Below, piece after piece: positions 11,510-24,039 of a stretch of 64,000 bases of DNA (within the stretch, counting starts at the first letter, position 1; the number at the start of each line of letters is the position of its first letter). This DNA comes from Octopus sinensis (Eukaryota): the NCBI RefSeq assembly GCF_006345805.1, contig NC_043015.1, forward strand, positions 47,864,001 through 47,928,000. The letters are read 5' to 3'. The notes beneath the pieces were generated by a model. That model worked only from the letters and a program-made list of their open reading frames with translations, searched no databases and was not told the DNA's origin. The translations under genes were made by a program, and so were the position numbers.

Positions 11510-12517
11510 GTTTTGGTATGGTTTTCTCAGCTGGTTACCCTTCCTTATGCCAATCACTTTACAGAGTGTACTGGGTGCTTTTTAGGTGGCAGCAGCACTG
11601 ACAGGGTCATCAAGTAACTTGCAAGACAAAACTCCTCAGCTTGGAGGGGTGAGTAGTATCAAGAGGGTATGGCTTTGTGCCAGTTGAGAAATTAAAAGTA
11701 TAGAGTAGATAGATGGATACCCCAGTTAGGAGAGAAAGGAGAGCAAGTTAGTAAGATAAAGAGAGTGGATGAGTAAGGGAATAAAGTAAAGAGGTCACTT
11801 GTGAGAGAGATAATGGCAAAAGCTGTGTCAAGATATGTCTTCCAGGGACATTGGGTGTGGTGAGAATTAGTGAAGTTTGGACTGGGTGAGTGGGCAAGAT
11901 ACAGGTGACTGTAGCAAATGATTGAGTGAAATACAGGAGCGGCTTGGGGGTCAGGGTTGGGATAGATATGTGATTGCATTGAGGTTGTAGCAGATAAGTG
12001 AGGTGTTAATGGTGGGGAGCATCACAAGAGAGAGAAGGCATGGAAAGGTGGTGATTGGTAGAGATAGTGGGAAATGGAAGGAGTTCGGGGTGGGGTGGAA
12101 GGAAAGCAACTGACAAAGAAAGGGGACATAGTGTATGCCTATTCTGCTCTCAGGTGATAGAGAAGTGTTTGGGGAAAAGGTGGGCCGGTCAGGGAACCCG
12201 TCATGGACTAGCATTATCCAGGTGGTTTTAGGATATCTATCCTGCCTTGGTGGACGAGTCTTCTGGAATGCAGCAAGGTGCCTTCATCATCCCCTTTGTA
12301 AGGCTCAACATCTTGAGGTCAGTCTTCAATACATTGTCCTGTGTCTTCTTGGGTCTCCCTCTTCCACAAGTTCCATCCCCTTCAAGTAATTGGCACTTTT
12401 TCATGCACCTGTCCACATCGATATGCATCACATGACCAAACCTGTGCAATTTTCTCTCTTGCACACTGCATCTAATTCCTCGTATGCCTAACTTTTCACT
12501 CGGTACACTAGCATTTT
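11510..12517 (-). mobile_element. RTE-clade LINE 3' fragment (ORF C-terminus plus long 3' UTR); the tail continues at about 10580-10835
   Basis: ORF 12237-12464 encodes RKLHRFGHVMHIDVDRCMKKC...GRGRPKKTQDNVLKTDL, matching the RTE RLRWFGHV...GRGRP.KTW motif. Confidence 0.8.
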
Positions 12518-12747
12518 ACATTATTTACATTCGACGGATATTTGTCCTCATCTTGTTTGTTGTTAACACAACGTTTCAGCTGATATACCCTCCAGCCTTT
12601 ATCAGGTGTCTTGGGGAAATTTCGAACCTGGGTTCTCATTCCTAAGGTATTTTTTTATGTTGTTGTTATTATTATTATTATTATTATTATCATTATTATT
12701 GAGGTCACTGCCTGGAATCGAATTCGGAATCTTGAGGTTTGTAGTCG

Positions 12748-12783
<36 letters not shown>

Positions 12784-12895
12784 CCATATACCCTCCAGCC
12801 TCCATCTTACAATATAATTAGTTAATATATCAGCTGAAACGTTGTCTTTACAACAAACAAGATGAGGACAAATATCGGTCAAATGTAAATAATGT
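12518..12895. mobile_element. Penelope-like terminal repeat remnant: about 70-bp inverted arms with a - strand hammerhead motif at 12566-12609
   Basis: 12518-12587 is the reverse complement of 12826-12895. The - strand reads ACAC-CTGATAA-A-GGCTG...CAGCT-GAAA-CGT-T-GTGT, with core G8 mutated to A. Confidence 0.6.
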
Positions 12896-14000
12896 AGATA
12901 ATGTACATAATTCATCATCTCTTAAATATAGAACTGTATAAGAGCTATGTTTGGCCAAGTCTCACTTTTCCTTGTTTAATAAAATATAGTTTCAACAGGA
13001 ATTTAACATAGAATTCCAATACATAAGATATGCCTAGACATTCAACCTAGCATTTAAAAGGTATTCAGTCATGCAGGTTACTAGTAGTTTTTTTACTTTT
13101 TTTACTAATTTTTCCTGGCATTTAAGGTGGCATGCCAGGGAAAATGCTTAGCAGTATTTTATCTGTCTTTATGTTCTGAGTTCAAATTCCGCCAAGGTCA
13201 ACTTTGCTTTTCAACCTTTCAGGGTCGATAAAATAAGTACCAGTTGAACACTGGAGTCAATGTAACCGACTTACTCTCTTCCCTGGAATTACTGGCCTTG
13301 TGTCAAAGTTTGAAATCAATAATTTCTACTGGCATCATATGTAGCCTTTATTTTTAGATGTTTGTACATTTATCTAATATAATTATGCAAGGCTTTCTCC
13401 ATCTTGAGCAGAAATAGTGCCTATTACGTTTGTTTCTTCTAAAATATATTGAATTTCTTCTGATGACCTGATGCTGTAATTCTCTGGAGTGTATTTTTTG
13501 ACAGAGTTATTTATTTGGTATCTGTTGTACGTGTAATTGTATTTATTTGGGATGTTATGGGTGAGAGAGGCTTGTTTTATTGGGGTATTTTTACTGTACT
13601 CTGTGAGTATGTGTGTGTTGGGGAAATAAGGGGATCCTATCTGCGCGTCTATCTGTTATTAGTAAAGGGAGGCAATTCGTTCGTTGAAGGGAAACAATTC
13701 ATCCCCTAATCACCAGCAAGGCTGAATTAAGGGCAAGGCAACTGCAAGTTTGTTGTTGTAAAGTTTAATTGTTTTATAATTAAAGATGGAAACTATGCAG
13801 AAGCCTATAAGATTGCTTATACCTGCAATTCAAAGGTACGACCTTATCATGCACTGACTTGTTTTGATAACTACATTAAAGTTACTGAAGTCTGTGGAAT
13901 ACTCAACCACTTACAAGCTGATTCAGTGAGTAGGTAACATAACTGATTAAACAACTGAATAGTCATTGTTGAAACTGATGGCAACCCATACGTATTTATA

Positions 14001-14430
14001 CTTATTTCTTTATTGCCCACTAGGGGCTAAACATAGAGGGGACAAACAAGGACAGATAAAGGGATTAAGTTGATTACCTCGATTAAGTTGATTACCTCAG
14101 TGCATAACTGGTACTTAATTTATTGACCTTGAAAAGATGAAAGGCAAAGTCGACCTCGGCAGAATTTGAACTCAGAACGTAAAGACAGACGAAATACCTA
14201 TTTCTTTATTACCCACAAGGGGCTAAACACAGAGAGGACAAACAAGGACAGACATAGGTATTAAGTCGATTACATCGACCCCAGTGCGTAACTGGTACTT
14301 ATTTAATCGACCCCGAAAGGATGAAAGGCAAAGTTGACCTCGGCGGAATTTGAACTCAGAACATAACAGCAGACGAAATACAGTTATCCATTTCGCTCGG
14401 CGTGCTAACGTTTCTGCCAGCTCACCGCCT
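14001..14430 (-). mobile_element. SINE family B dimer
   Basis: Head at 14430, with the internal junction ...GAAATAG|GTATTTCGTC on the - strand. Confidence 0.85.
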
Positions 14431-15245
14431 TAGGCTGACCAAGATACTGCCATGGGAATGTGACCAAATGAGAAATGCCTAAGGACTCTATTCTCACGGC
14501 CCTGCCAGGAATAGTGAGCTGAGAGAGGATGGAGAGATTGGGTGGATGAAGATGTTATTTGTCTTTGAATTCCAAAAGTTTTTTAATTGTTTAAGACATT
14601 AGATGAAACTTGGAAGTTCAAGTCAACACAAATTTCTTAATATCTGTGGGTTGCAAGAATATGTGTTGTAGAATGAAACAAGTTTGGAGAACTATTGCTG
14701 CTTTTGGAAATGAACCTTGTGTGAAAAGTAGTCTACTTGAAGAATGATGCAAGAAATGTAAAGTGGTTGGCAAGGAATTCTAGCATGAGTTGAGGAATTA
14801 AATATGATGCATCAAATGTTAATTCCCAAGAAAGGTCAAATATAAGTGAGGTGTGAAAGTGTCTCGGTATCAAAAGTATTGGCAATAGAATACAGGAAAT
14901 AGATTTGCTAGCTTAGTTATGTAAAGCAAATGAATAATAAATACTAGGTATGGGGTGAAAAGGTGCTGTGAGTGGATGGTAGAGGATCTTCATAATAGAG
15001 GAAGTGTAAGAAATGGTTTGGAAGAAGCGGGGCAGTATTGGACCTCATGTTATCATCATCATCATCATCACCGTTGTTTTAACGTCCACTTTTGCATGCT
15101 TGCATGGGTCAGACGGAATCTGTTGAGGTAGATTTTCTACAGCCAGATGCCTTTCTTGTCACCCATCCATCACTTGTTGCCAAGATTGTGGTTTTTATTC
15201 CTGGACCAGGTGATGCATAGTGTTCTTGAGCAAAACAAAGGCAAA

Positions 15246-15435
15246 GGAGTGGCTGTGTGGTAAGTAGTTTGCTTACCAACCACATGGTTCTGGGTTCAGT
15301 CCCACTGTGTGGCACCTTGGGCAAGTGTCTTCTACTATAGCCTCAGGCCAACCAAAGCCTTGTGAGTGGATTTGGTTGACGGAAACTGAAAGAAGCCCGT
15401 CGTATATATGTATATATATATATATATGATGATGA

Positions 15436-15485
<50 letters not shown>

Positions 15486-15695
15486 GTATGTGTGTGTATT
15501 AGTTTGTGTGTCTGTGTTTGTCCCCCCAACATCGATTGACAACCGATGCTGGTGTGTTTATATTTGGTTCAGCAAAAGACACCGATAGAATAAGTACTAG
15601 GCTTACAAAGAATAAATCCTGGGGTCGATTTGCTCGATTAAAGGCAGTGCTCCAGCATGGCCCCAGTCAAATGACTGAAACAAGTAAAAGAGTAA
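15246..15695 (+). mobile_element. SINE family A
   Basis: Family A head, body and tail. Confidence 0.8.
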
Positions 15696-16459
15696 AACAT
15701 TTGATTTCATATTGCTCCAGTTCATTCAGCTAGTAAAAATGAGTAATTCTGAAATGGACTGGTGTCCTATCCAGTGGGTGAGTATATACTCTAGAGAATG
15801 TGGGAAAACCAGCCTTAGGAGTCTAAATGACACGGGAAGGAGCATCTTACCATTCACTATCACAGATATTTTGCTTGTCTACAGTAAATATTGTCAGGAG
15901 CACTCGTATGTACAGTTCAGCAATAGTTTGCTAATGTCTGTGGCATCCACTGAATAAATATTTCCATTGTAAGTGTGTCTGGGGGGAAAAAAAAAATCTT
16001 TCACCTTTACTCATCACCTTACATCCTTACAGCTTTTAAAGAGGACAGAAAAGAATAAAGAATGTGTATGTTCAGGAGACATGTTGCACCCTAGTTCTTA
16101 ATAGTCTTCAAGTAGGTTTTCCACCAAAGTTTCTTAATTTTCTGTTCATTTATTTTCAAAGAGAATTGTCTATGAGCATTTTGGAAACTTTCTCTGCTGA
16201 ATTTTCTCTGCATTCCAAGCTATCAAATGCATCATCTTGAAGAAGAAATCTGTGAATGTCAGGGATGAAAAACGCACCATTTTTGTCTTAGGCAGTGAGC
16301 TGGTAGAAATGTTAACACAACGAACAAAGTGCTTCACAGCATTTTTTATGGCTTTACATTCTGAGTTCAAATCCCACCTGGGTCATCTCTGCCTTTTAAA
16401 CTTCCGAGGTCAATGAAATTTGTATTGGTTGAGCACTGGGGTTGAAGTAATTGACACAA

Positions 16460-16848
16460 CCATCTTACAAACAATAACTCTGAGCACCTTTTCAAACTCC
16501 ACCCGTCTAACACCCGTGGACATATTTACAAAGTCAGAAAACAGCACAGCTCCCATGACTTTAGGAAACATTTTTTTCACACTGAGAGTTGCTGAAGCAT
16601 GGAACAAACTCCCGGCATCAGTTGTTAGTTGTCGGAGCACTGCATCCTTCAAAACTTCCATGCTTTCTGAGATTCGCCAACACTACACCTGATTTCCTCC
16701 CCTCCATACACACACAAGCATGTATCTGACTCATACATTGTTCGCTTTCCAGACATTTGTGCATTACTGCATACACTTTATACGCACTTTCTGACAAGTT
16801 GTGGTGCACCTGAGCACTGTATACAATAGTTTCATTATTATTATTATA
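16460..16848 (+). mobile_element. CR1-type LINE 3' fragment with (ATT)n tail, long 3' UTR variant
   Basis: Encodes FFTLRVAEAWNKLPASVVSCRSTASFKTSML, the CR1 FFS.RV...WN.LP..VV...S...FK motif. Confidence 0.85.
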
Positions 16849-17549
16849 ACTCTCCCCCAAAATCTTAGGCCTTGTACCTATAATAGAATGGACTGTTATT
16901 ATTACATTCTGAGTTCAAATGCTGTCATGGTTGGCTTGACTTGTCATCCTTTTGAGGGTTGATAAAATAAATACCAGTTGAGTACTGGGGTTGATGTAAA
17001 TTTCAGTCTTTGCACCTATAGTAGGAAGAATTTTTGTCTCACTAATCACTGGAAATTTGTCTTTCAGATATAGGAAGGTTGGTCGTTGGTCCTGTTTGGT
17101 CCACAGCTTTGCAAAGTTTTTCATTAGTCTAAGTTTATTATGTAAAGGTGGTGAGATTATTATTTTGTTTTTCAGGTTCAACAAGCAGTGTACTAAAAAG
17201 TATTCAAGATATTTTCTTTTAGGCATTCTTTCAAGGTTTAATGTGAAGCCTTAGTGTATCTGTCCTATTCACATGAAAAAGGGACAGCAAACATTTTGTA
17301 TAACTAGGTTACAGTCCAAACACAAAAAGCCCACAACTTTTAAATCCCTATAAATTTACCATTGGTCATCAACATTATTTTAACATTCTCTTTTCTATGC
17401 TTGCTTGGATCGGACTGAGTTTATTGAGGCAGATTTTTTACAGCTGGATGCCCATCCTGTTACCAACCCTCACCAAGTAATGTAATATTTCTCCATGTTC
17501 AGGTGGGATTTTGCAGAATAATAGAAATGAACGACATTGCTTGTATGAC

Positions 17550-17975
17550 TCTTTTAATTGTTTTAGTCATTTGACTGTGGCCATGCTGGAGCACCGCCTT
17601 TAGTCGAGCAAATCGCCCCCAGGACTTATTCTTTGTAAGCCTAGTACTTATTCTATCAGTCTCTTTTGCCGAACCACTAAGTTACAGGGACATAAACACA
17701 CCAGCATCAGTTGTCAAGCGATGTTGTGAGGACAAACACAGACACACAAACATATACACACATATATATATATGTATATATACATATATATATATACATA
17801 TATATATATATGATGGGCTTCTTTCAGTTTCCACCTACCAAATCCACTCAGAAGGCTTTGGTCAGCCCGAGGCTATAGTAGAAGACACTTGCCCAAGGTG
17901 CTACACAGTGGGACTGAACCCAGAACCATGTGGTTGGTAAGCAAGCTACTTACCACACAGCCACTCCTACGCCTA
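17550..17975 (-). mobile_element. SINE family A; further partial copies at about 18050-18210 (-), 18448-18710 (+) and 18735-18900 (+)
   Basis: Family A sequence. Confidence 0.8.
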
Positions 17976-19014
17976 TATGACAGTGACAATCATTTTACAA
18001 CTGTCATGCAATAGCCAAACAAGAAGACACAAACACACACACACACACACACACATGATGAGCTTCTTTCAATTCCATCTATCAAAATCTACTCACAAGG
18101 CTTCGGTCAGCTCAGTGTTTTAGCAGAAGGCAAGTGCCCAAGGTGTATCACAGTGGGACTGAACTCAAATCCATGTGTTTAGGAAGCAAATTTATCAGAC
18201 ACCCAGCCACAGCTCTACCAGATCATTTTAATTTATTGATGCCAAAGGTTGCTGAACATCATCATCCATTTCTCTCAAATAGGTTGAATATCTTACAGGA
18301 ATCCATGGTAACAAATTACCAATGTGTTCTAAAACTGCTTTCAAGTTAAGTTTTGAAGAGTCTTTGAGTAGCCTCGATTTTGGTGGATTAGGGTTAGGTT
18401 TAGGGGTTTCCATGAGACCATTGATATCATTGCATGAAAGTCTTTTATAGGCGCAGGAATGGTTGTGTGGTAAGTAGTTTGCTTACCAACCACATGGTTC
18501 CAGGTTCAGCCCGTCGTATATGTGCATGTGTGTGTGTGTTTGTTTTTTACCCCAACATCGCTTGACAACCAATGCTGTGTGTTTACGTCCCCGTAACTTA
18601 ACGGTTCGGGAAAAGACCCAATAGAAGTCCTAGGGTTCATTCGTTTGACTAAAGGTGGTGCTCCAGCATGGCCACAGTCAAATGACTGAAACAAATAAAT
18701 GAATATGAGAATAAAGAAAAGTGATAAGACCTTGTAGGTACAAATGCAGCTGTGTGGTTAAGAAACTCATTTCCTAACACTGCAATTTCAAGTTCAGTCC
18801 CATTGTATGGCACCTTGGGTTAGTGTCGTCTACTATAGCCTCTAGCCAACCAAAGCTTTGTGAGTGAATTTGGTAGATGGAAATTAAAAGAAGCCTGTTG
18901 TGTGTGTTTCTGCTTCCTTTTCTTGAAATTCTGCAACGTTTGTAAACAAGCAGTGTTTGTTTTCAACATTTCACGAAAGCATGTCCAGCCACGGGGAAAT
19001 ATTACTTGGAAACA

Positions 19015-19420
19015 GGCAGGAGTGGCTGTGTGGTAAGTAGCTTGCTAACCAACCACATGGTTCCGGGTTCAGTCCCACTGCGAGCATCTTGGGCAAGTGT
19101 CTTCTGCTATAGCCCCAGGCCGACCAATGCCTTGTGAGTGGATTTGGTAGACAGAAACTGAAAGAAGCCTGTTGTATATATGTATATATATATGTATGTG
19201 TGTGTTTGTGTGTCTGTGTTTGTTCCCCTAGCATTGCTTGACAACCGATGCTGGTGTGTTTACGTCCCCGTCACTTAGCGGTTCGGCAAAAGAGACCGAT
19301 AGAATAAGTACTGGGCTTACCAAGAATAAGTCCCGGGGTCGATTTGCTCGACTAAAGGTGGTGCTCCAGCATGGCCGCAGTCAAATGACTGAAACAAGTA
19401 AAAGAGTAAAGAGAGAGTAA
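19015..19420 (+). mobile_element. SINE family A, full length
   Basis: Family A head, body and AAAGAGTAAAGAG tail. Confidence 0.85.
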
Positions 19421-19589
19421 GGGTGGGTAACAGGGCAGGCGTCTGGCTACAGAAAATCTACCCCCAATTAATTCCATCTAACCTATGCAAGCATGGAAAA
19501 CTGGATGTTAAAATGACGATGTTGTTGTTACAAATCTGTATTTCTGAGATGAGGAACTTATGTTATGTATACTGTTTATATTAGTCAGA

Positions 19590-19893
19590 CTGATGTTCTC
19601 ATCTTGATTGTTACTTTCACGACATTTTAGCTGCTGTATGCTCCTGCCGTCTTCAGGTGTCTTGCATTGAACTTGGTTGTTGTATTGGAATTTTGATACA
19701 ACAAAAGCGTCTTGAAACTCAGACAGTGGAATGGGAATAGCGTACTGGTGTATGCCTGTGGATCATATAAAGGGATAGGGTTGAAATTCTGATACTGTGA
19801 CAGAGTTCAACACAAGACACCTGAAGATGGCTGGAGTGTATAACAGCTGAAATGTAGTGAAAGCAACAATCAAGATGAGGCCACCAGTTCAAC
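19590..19893. mobile_element. Penelope-like terminal repeat remnant: inverted arms, each with a hammerhead motif (19618-19659 on -, 19818-19859 on +)
   Basis: The + arm reads CAC-CTGAAGA-T-GGCTG...CAGCT-GAAA-TGT-A-GTG and the - arm is a decayed copy. Same family as 12518-12895 (shared GGCTGGAG...CAGCTGAAA...ACAA...AAGATGAG). Confidence 0.6.
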
Positions 19894-20342
19894 TATATTG
19901 TTGTTGATGATGATGAGGATGATGAAAACAAAGTACTGTCACTGTTAGTGAGTTAAATTGTTTCGTCCTTGAACCAAGAAACTGTGCCTTCATGTTTGAC
20001 AGATCCAGATCCCCTACAAGGGTATTTAATTCATCCTTAGCAAATTAGGGGTTGTATAGATTCATTTAAAAATTTTGCATCACAAGTCTTAGAATCTTCA
20101 TGTTTTTCTCTTTGTGAATCTGAAAACACAGCAATATGTAGGAGGAAAGTGTGTGTAGGTGGGTCTCTGGAATGGGAAGTCCATCATCTTGTCGGGTTAG
20201 CCCTAGGGATGAGGGTAAGTTAGGATATTGCAGTGTTCTTTATTTGGTTTCCACTCAAGTCTGTTAGAGTTGTACTGGTGTAGCAGTCATTGCTATGATC
20301 TGTAGGTTCTCTCTTTTCCGTAGGCATTGTGAAGGGTATGTA

Positions 20343-20690
20343 TTTCATCATCATCATCATTTAACGTCCACTTTCCATGCTAGCATGGGTTGGACGGTTC
20401 GACTGGGGTCTGGGGAGCCAGGAGGCTGCACCAGGCCCAGTCTGATCTGGCAGTGTTTCCTAACGCCAACCACTCCATGAGTATAGTGGGTGCTTTTTAA
20501 GTGCCACCGGCATGGTGCCAGGCGAGGCTGGCAACGGCCATGATCGGTTGGTGCTTTTTACGTGCCACCGGCATGGAGGCCAGTAGGGCGGTGCTGGCAA
20601 CAGCCACGTTTGGATGGTTCTTTTACGTGCCACCGGCACTAGTATCACAACTACAATTTCCATTGATTTTTGAGCGATTTCGATTTCGAT
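20343..20690 (-). mobile_element. Family C element ((GAT)n tail, internal GTGCCACCGGCA subrepeats)
   Basis: Reverse complement of the family C copies at about 6235 and 21125. Other copies at about 1-100, 28540-28935, 39775-40030, 45325-45515, 49195-49420, 52615-52852 and 57047-57400. Confidence 0.75.
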
Positions 20691-21124
20691 GATATTTTCA
20701 AATACCCTGCACAGGATTTACAACAAATATTAGATGGAGTAGGGCATCTAATGATTGTCTGTTTTGCGAACAAAATATAGATAAGCTTTTGTTACTGTCA
20801 AAGTAATTTTTTGTTTTTTTGTAATTTAGAGGTAAATTGCCCATAGATGTAATAAAAAATCATCAGGATTATTTAAGCAATTGGAAGTTATTTTCGATGT
20901 ATAAATGTAGTTATACAACGATATTTGACAAGAGAGATACCAAAAAACAATAAAATGGTAAACTAATAACTCCTTGATTCAAATGAAGAATGATGCCATA
21001 ACTGTCAAGTTGGTGTATATCGTAATTATCAATATATCATAATTATATAGAAGCTGCAATGATTATCATGGGTTGTGTTGTATTCTTTTGGGATGGGGGT
21101 GGATGATGCAGTATTTGTAATAAA

Positions 21125-21435
21125 TCAAAATCAAAATCAAAATCGATCAACATCAATGGAAATTGCAGCTGTGATACCAGTGCCAGTGGTATGTAAGAAA
21201 ACCATCCGAACGTGGCCGTAGCCAGCGCCGCCCCGACTGGCCTCGTGCCAGTGACATGTAAAAAGCACCCACTACACCCACGGAGTGGTTGGCGTTAGGA
21301 AGGGCATCCAGCTGTAGAAACACTGCCAGATCAGACTGGAGCCTGGTGCAGCCTTCTGGCTTCCCAGACCCCGGTTGAACCGTCCAACCCATGCTAGCAT
21401 GGAAAGCGGACGCTAAACGATGATGATGATGATGG
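21125..21435 (+). mobile_element. Family C element
   Basis: Ends CATGGAAAGCGGACGCTAAACGATGATGATGAT. Confidence 0.75.
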
Positions 21436-21601
21436 CATAATGGTGGTAAACTGACAGTTTTGTTACTTGCCCAGACAAAATGCTTAGCGGTCATTTCTTC
21501 CAGCATGGAAAACTGGATGTTAAAATGATGATGATGATGACGATGTTGTTGTTACAATTCTGAGTTCAGTTTCTGCCAAGGTCGACTTTGCTTATCATCC
21601 T

Positions 21602-22010
21602 GGATCTTTTCGGTTTGAACGGCAGTTTTTTTTCTAGCGGTGTCATTTGAAATTGTCACCCATAATTATGACCCTAGTATCGATCTATTGCATTTCAATC
21701 TGTTTTAGGGTTGGGGGGAAGGGTATCTTTTTTTCTTCACAAATGTAAATAAACCCAACCTGTTTCTTAAACGAGGGACATATTCATACGGCACAGAATG
21801 TTTTCACCTCAGTAGACGTCATTGATTGGTTGAAATAGCAGAAATTGAAGGAAAAAAAACAACAAATATCTTACTAAATATAGAATTTTCTCAATAAAGC
21901 CAAGAGAAAAATATGTTTTATAAACACATTCTATCAGTATACGAAGTTTAAAAGTGTTTAGTTACGTGGAAATTATTTAAAAAAAACTGCCGTTCAAACC
22001 GAAAAGATCC
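21602..22010. mobile_element. Non-autonomous DNA transposon (MITE) with perfect TIRs of about 31 bp and an 8-bp TSD, Merlin-like, inserted in a SINE B remnant
   Basis: TIR GGATCTTTTCGGTTTGAACGGCAGTTTTTTT at both ends. TSD ATCATCCT at 21594-21601 and 22011-22018. Confidence 0.85.
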
Positions 22011-22733
22011 ATCATCCTTTCTGGGTCAGTGAAATAAGTACCAGTTGAACACTGGGGTTGATACAATCAGCTAGCCCACCCCACTCCCCAAGAAATTCAG
22101 GTCTGTAGTAAAAAGTAAAAAAAAAAAATATGATAGCATTAATATTCTCTATTGTCACTTGAGGATTGAAAAATTGGGAAGGGGCATAACTCTGTAATTC
22201 CAAAACTTTACCTTATTTTCAAAAACGTATGATTTTTGTAATCAGTGACCCCAAATTAAGGAAGGTTAATTTCATCACGGATACAAGATGAATATTGTTG
22301 ACTGGCTGAATCGACCTTTTTTTTTCTTTATGTGGAAAGAGAAACTGTCTTTGCAAATAAAGGCAACAGTTAACTGAGCTCCCCACCCACCTCACCCCAC
22401 CTTTTTGTTTAGCTTTAAGTTAGCCTTATCAAGCAGACCCATGATTGAAGGTATTCCAACCATGACCATCCTGTCTTTCCAACATAGTGTATTCTGACAT
22501 TGTGGTTTGAAGGAGATTAAGCTGTTATCTCTAGTAAGGTGATCAACTATACAGATATCTCTTTCATTGATCCATCTTTCACTTTTGATCACTTCAGTTC
22601 ATGGCTGTCTTTACAGTTAATTATTCCAGCTAATTATTAAATTTAGCATGTTTAAGTTCTTCAATCTGTCTAAAATTATACAGTGTCTTTTGGGCATCTT
22701 TTGTTTGCTCTGAGTATCCAGAATCAAGTTTCT

Positions 22734-22966
22734 TATTTCTTTATTGCCTACAAGGGGCTAAGCACAGAGGGGACAAACAAGGACAGACAAAGGGATTAAG
22801 TCAATTACAACGACCCCAGTGCGTAACTGGTACGTAATTTATCGACCCCGAAAGGATGAAAGGCAAAGTCGACTTCAGCGGAATTTGAACTCAGAACGTA
22901 ACGACAGACGAAATACCACTAAGCATTTCGTCCAGCGTGCTAACGTTTCTGCCAGCTCGCCGCCTT
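22734..22966 (-). mobile_element. SINE family B monomer
   Basis: TSD AATCAAGTTTCT at 22722-22733 and 22967-22978. Confidence 0.88.
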
Positions 22967-23583
22967 AATCAAGTTTCTAACTATTCTCTTCCTCCATGTC
23001 AAAGCAAACCACTTCTGAGATGGCACTGGGATTTTGTGCCCTACCTTCTACTAATTCTAGTATTTTAGTCTTTGTTTTGTTGATCCATAAGATCTTTGAA
23101 AACTCTAAACTATTATTTCCTGATGTAGAATACTTTATGAAGCTTTTTAACATATTCTGCATTGGTAAACTATACCATTAACATGTAGAAGTTCCCAGCG
23201 TTATCATCCTGAGCAGTTAATATGTGTGTGTTTGCATGCATGTTACATGTGCATGCACATACGTGGTTTACTACAATAACAACCATCCACATTGAAAGAA
23301 CCATTTTTATTTTCACATTTGAAACCAACAAGGCCATCCTCCACCCCTGACATTGTCCCTTCCATTCCCCTCAAACACTATCCTCCACTGTCAGCTCCTA
23401 TAACTCACCAAACTCTTCAATTTCTACCCTGATTATTAGAAACACACTACAGTGTGTACAATTCCCAAGTAAAACAAACCTTTTGAACTCTGCTGGCTAT
23501 TGTCCTATCACATTCACTTTTAATATCTCCATGGTAAGGGAGATAACCATTCAATGTTTTCCAACACACTCTCTCCCACTCTT

Positions 23584-23626
<43 letters not shown>

Positions 23627-23679
23627 CCCTTAATGACCACCTTGTGTACAATTTCCATAAAACGACATCCATTGGTGAA

Positions 23680-24012
23680 GGCGCATGGCTCAGTGGTTAG
23701 AGCGTCACGCTTACAATCGTGAGGTTGTGAGTTCGATTCCCGGACCGGGCTGCGTGTTGTGTTCTTGAGCAAGACACTTTATTTCACGTCTCTCCAGTTC
23801 ACTCAGCTGTAGAAATGAGTTGCGATGTTACAGGTGCCAAGCTGTATTGGCCCCTTTGCCTTTCCCCTGGATAACATTGATGGCATGGAGAGGGGAGTCT
23901 GGTATGCATGAGTGACTGCTGATCTTCCATAAACAACCTTGCCTGGACTTGTGCCTGGGAGGGTAACTTTCCAGGTGTAATCCCATGGTCAGTGTCATGA
24001 CCAAAGGGGTCT
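23680..24012 (+). mobile_element. tRNA-derived SINE family D
   Basis: GGCGCATGGCTCAGTGGTTAGAGCG...GAGTTCGATTCCC (A and B boxes), then CTTGAGCAAGACACTT. Confidence 0.8.
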
Positions 24013-24039
24013 CAACACCCATTGGTTACTTTTCTTAAT

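Noticed and set aside
18385-18410. TTAGGG-like telomeric motif
   Set aside because: Only about three degenerate units.
23680-23750. Possible tRNA gene
   Set aside because: A and B boxes are present, but I could not fold a full cloverleaf and the sequence runs into a SINE body with a second copy at 7595.
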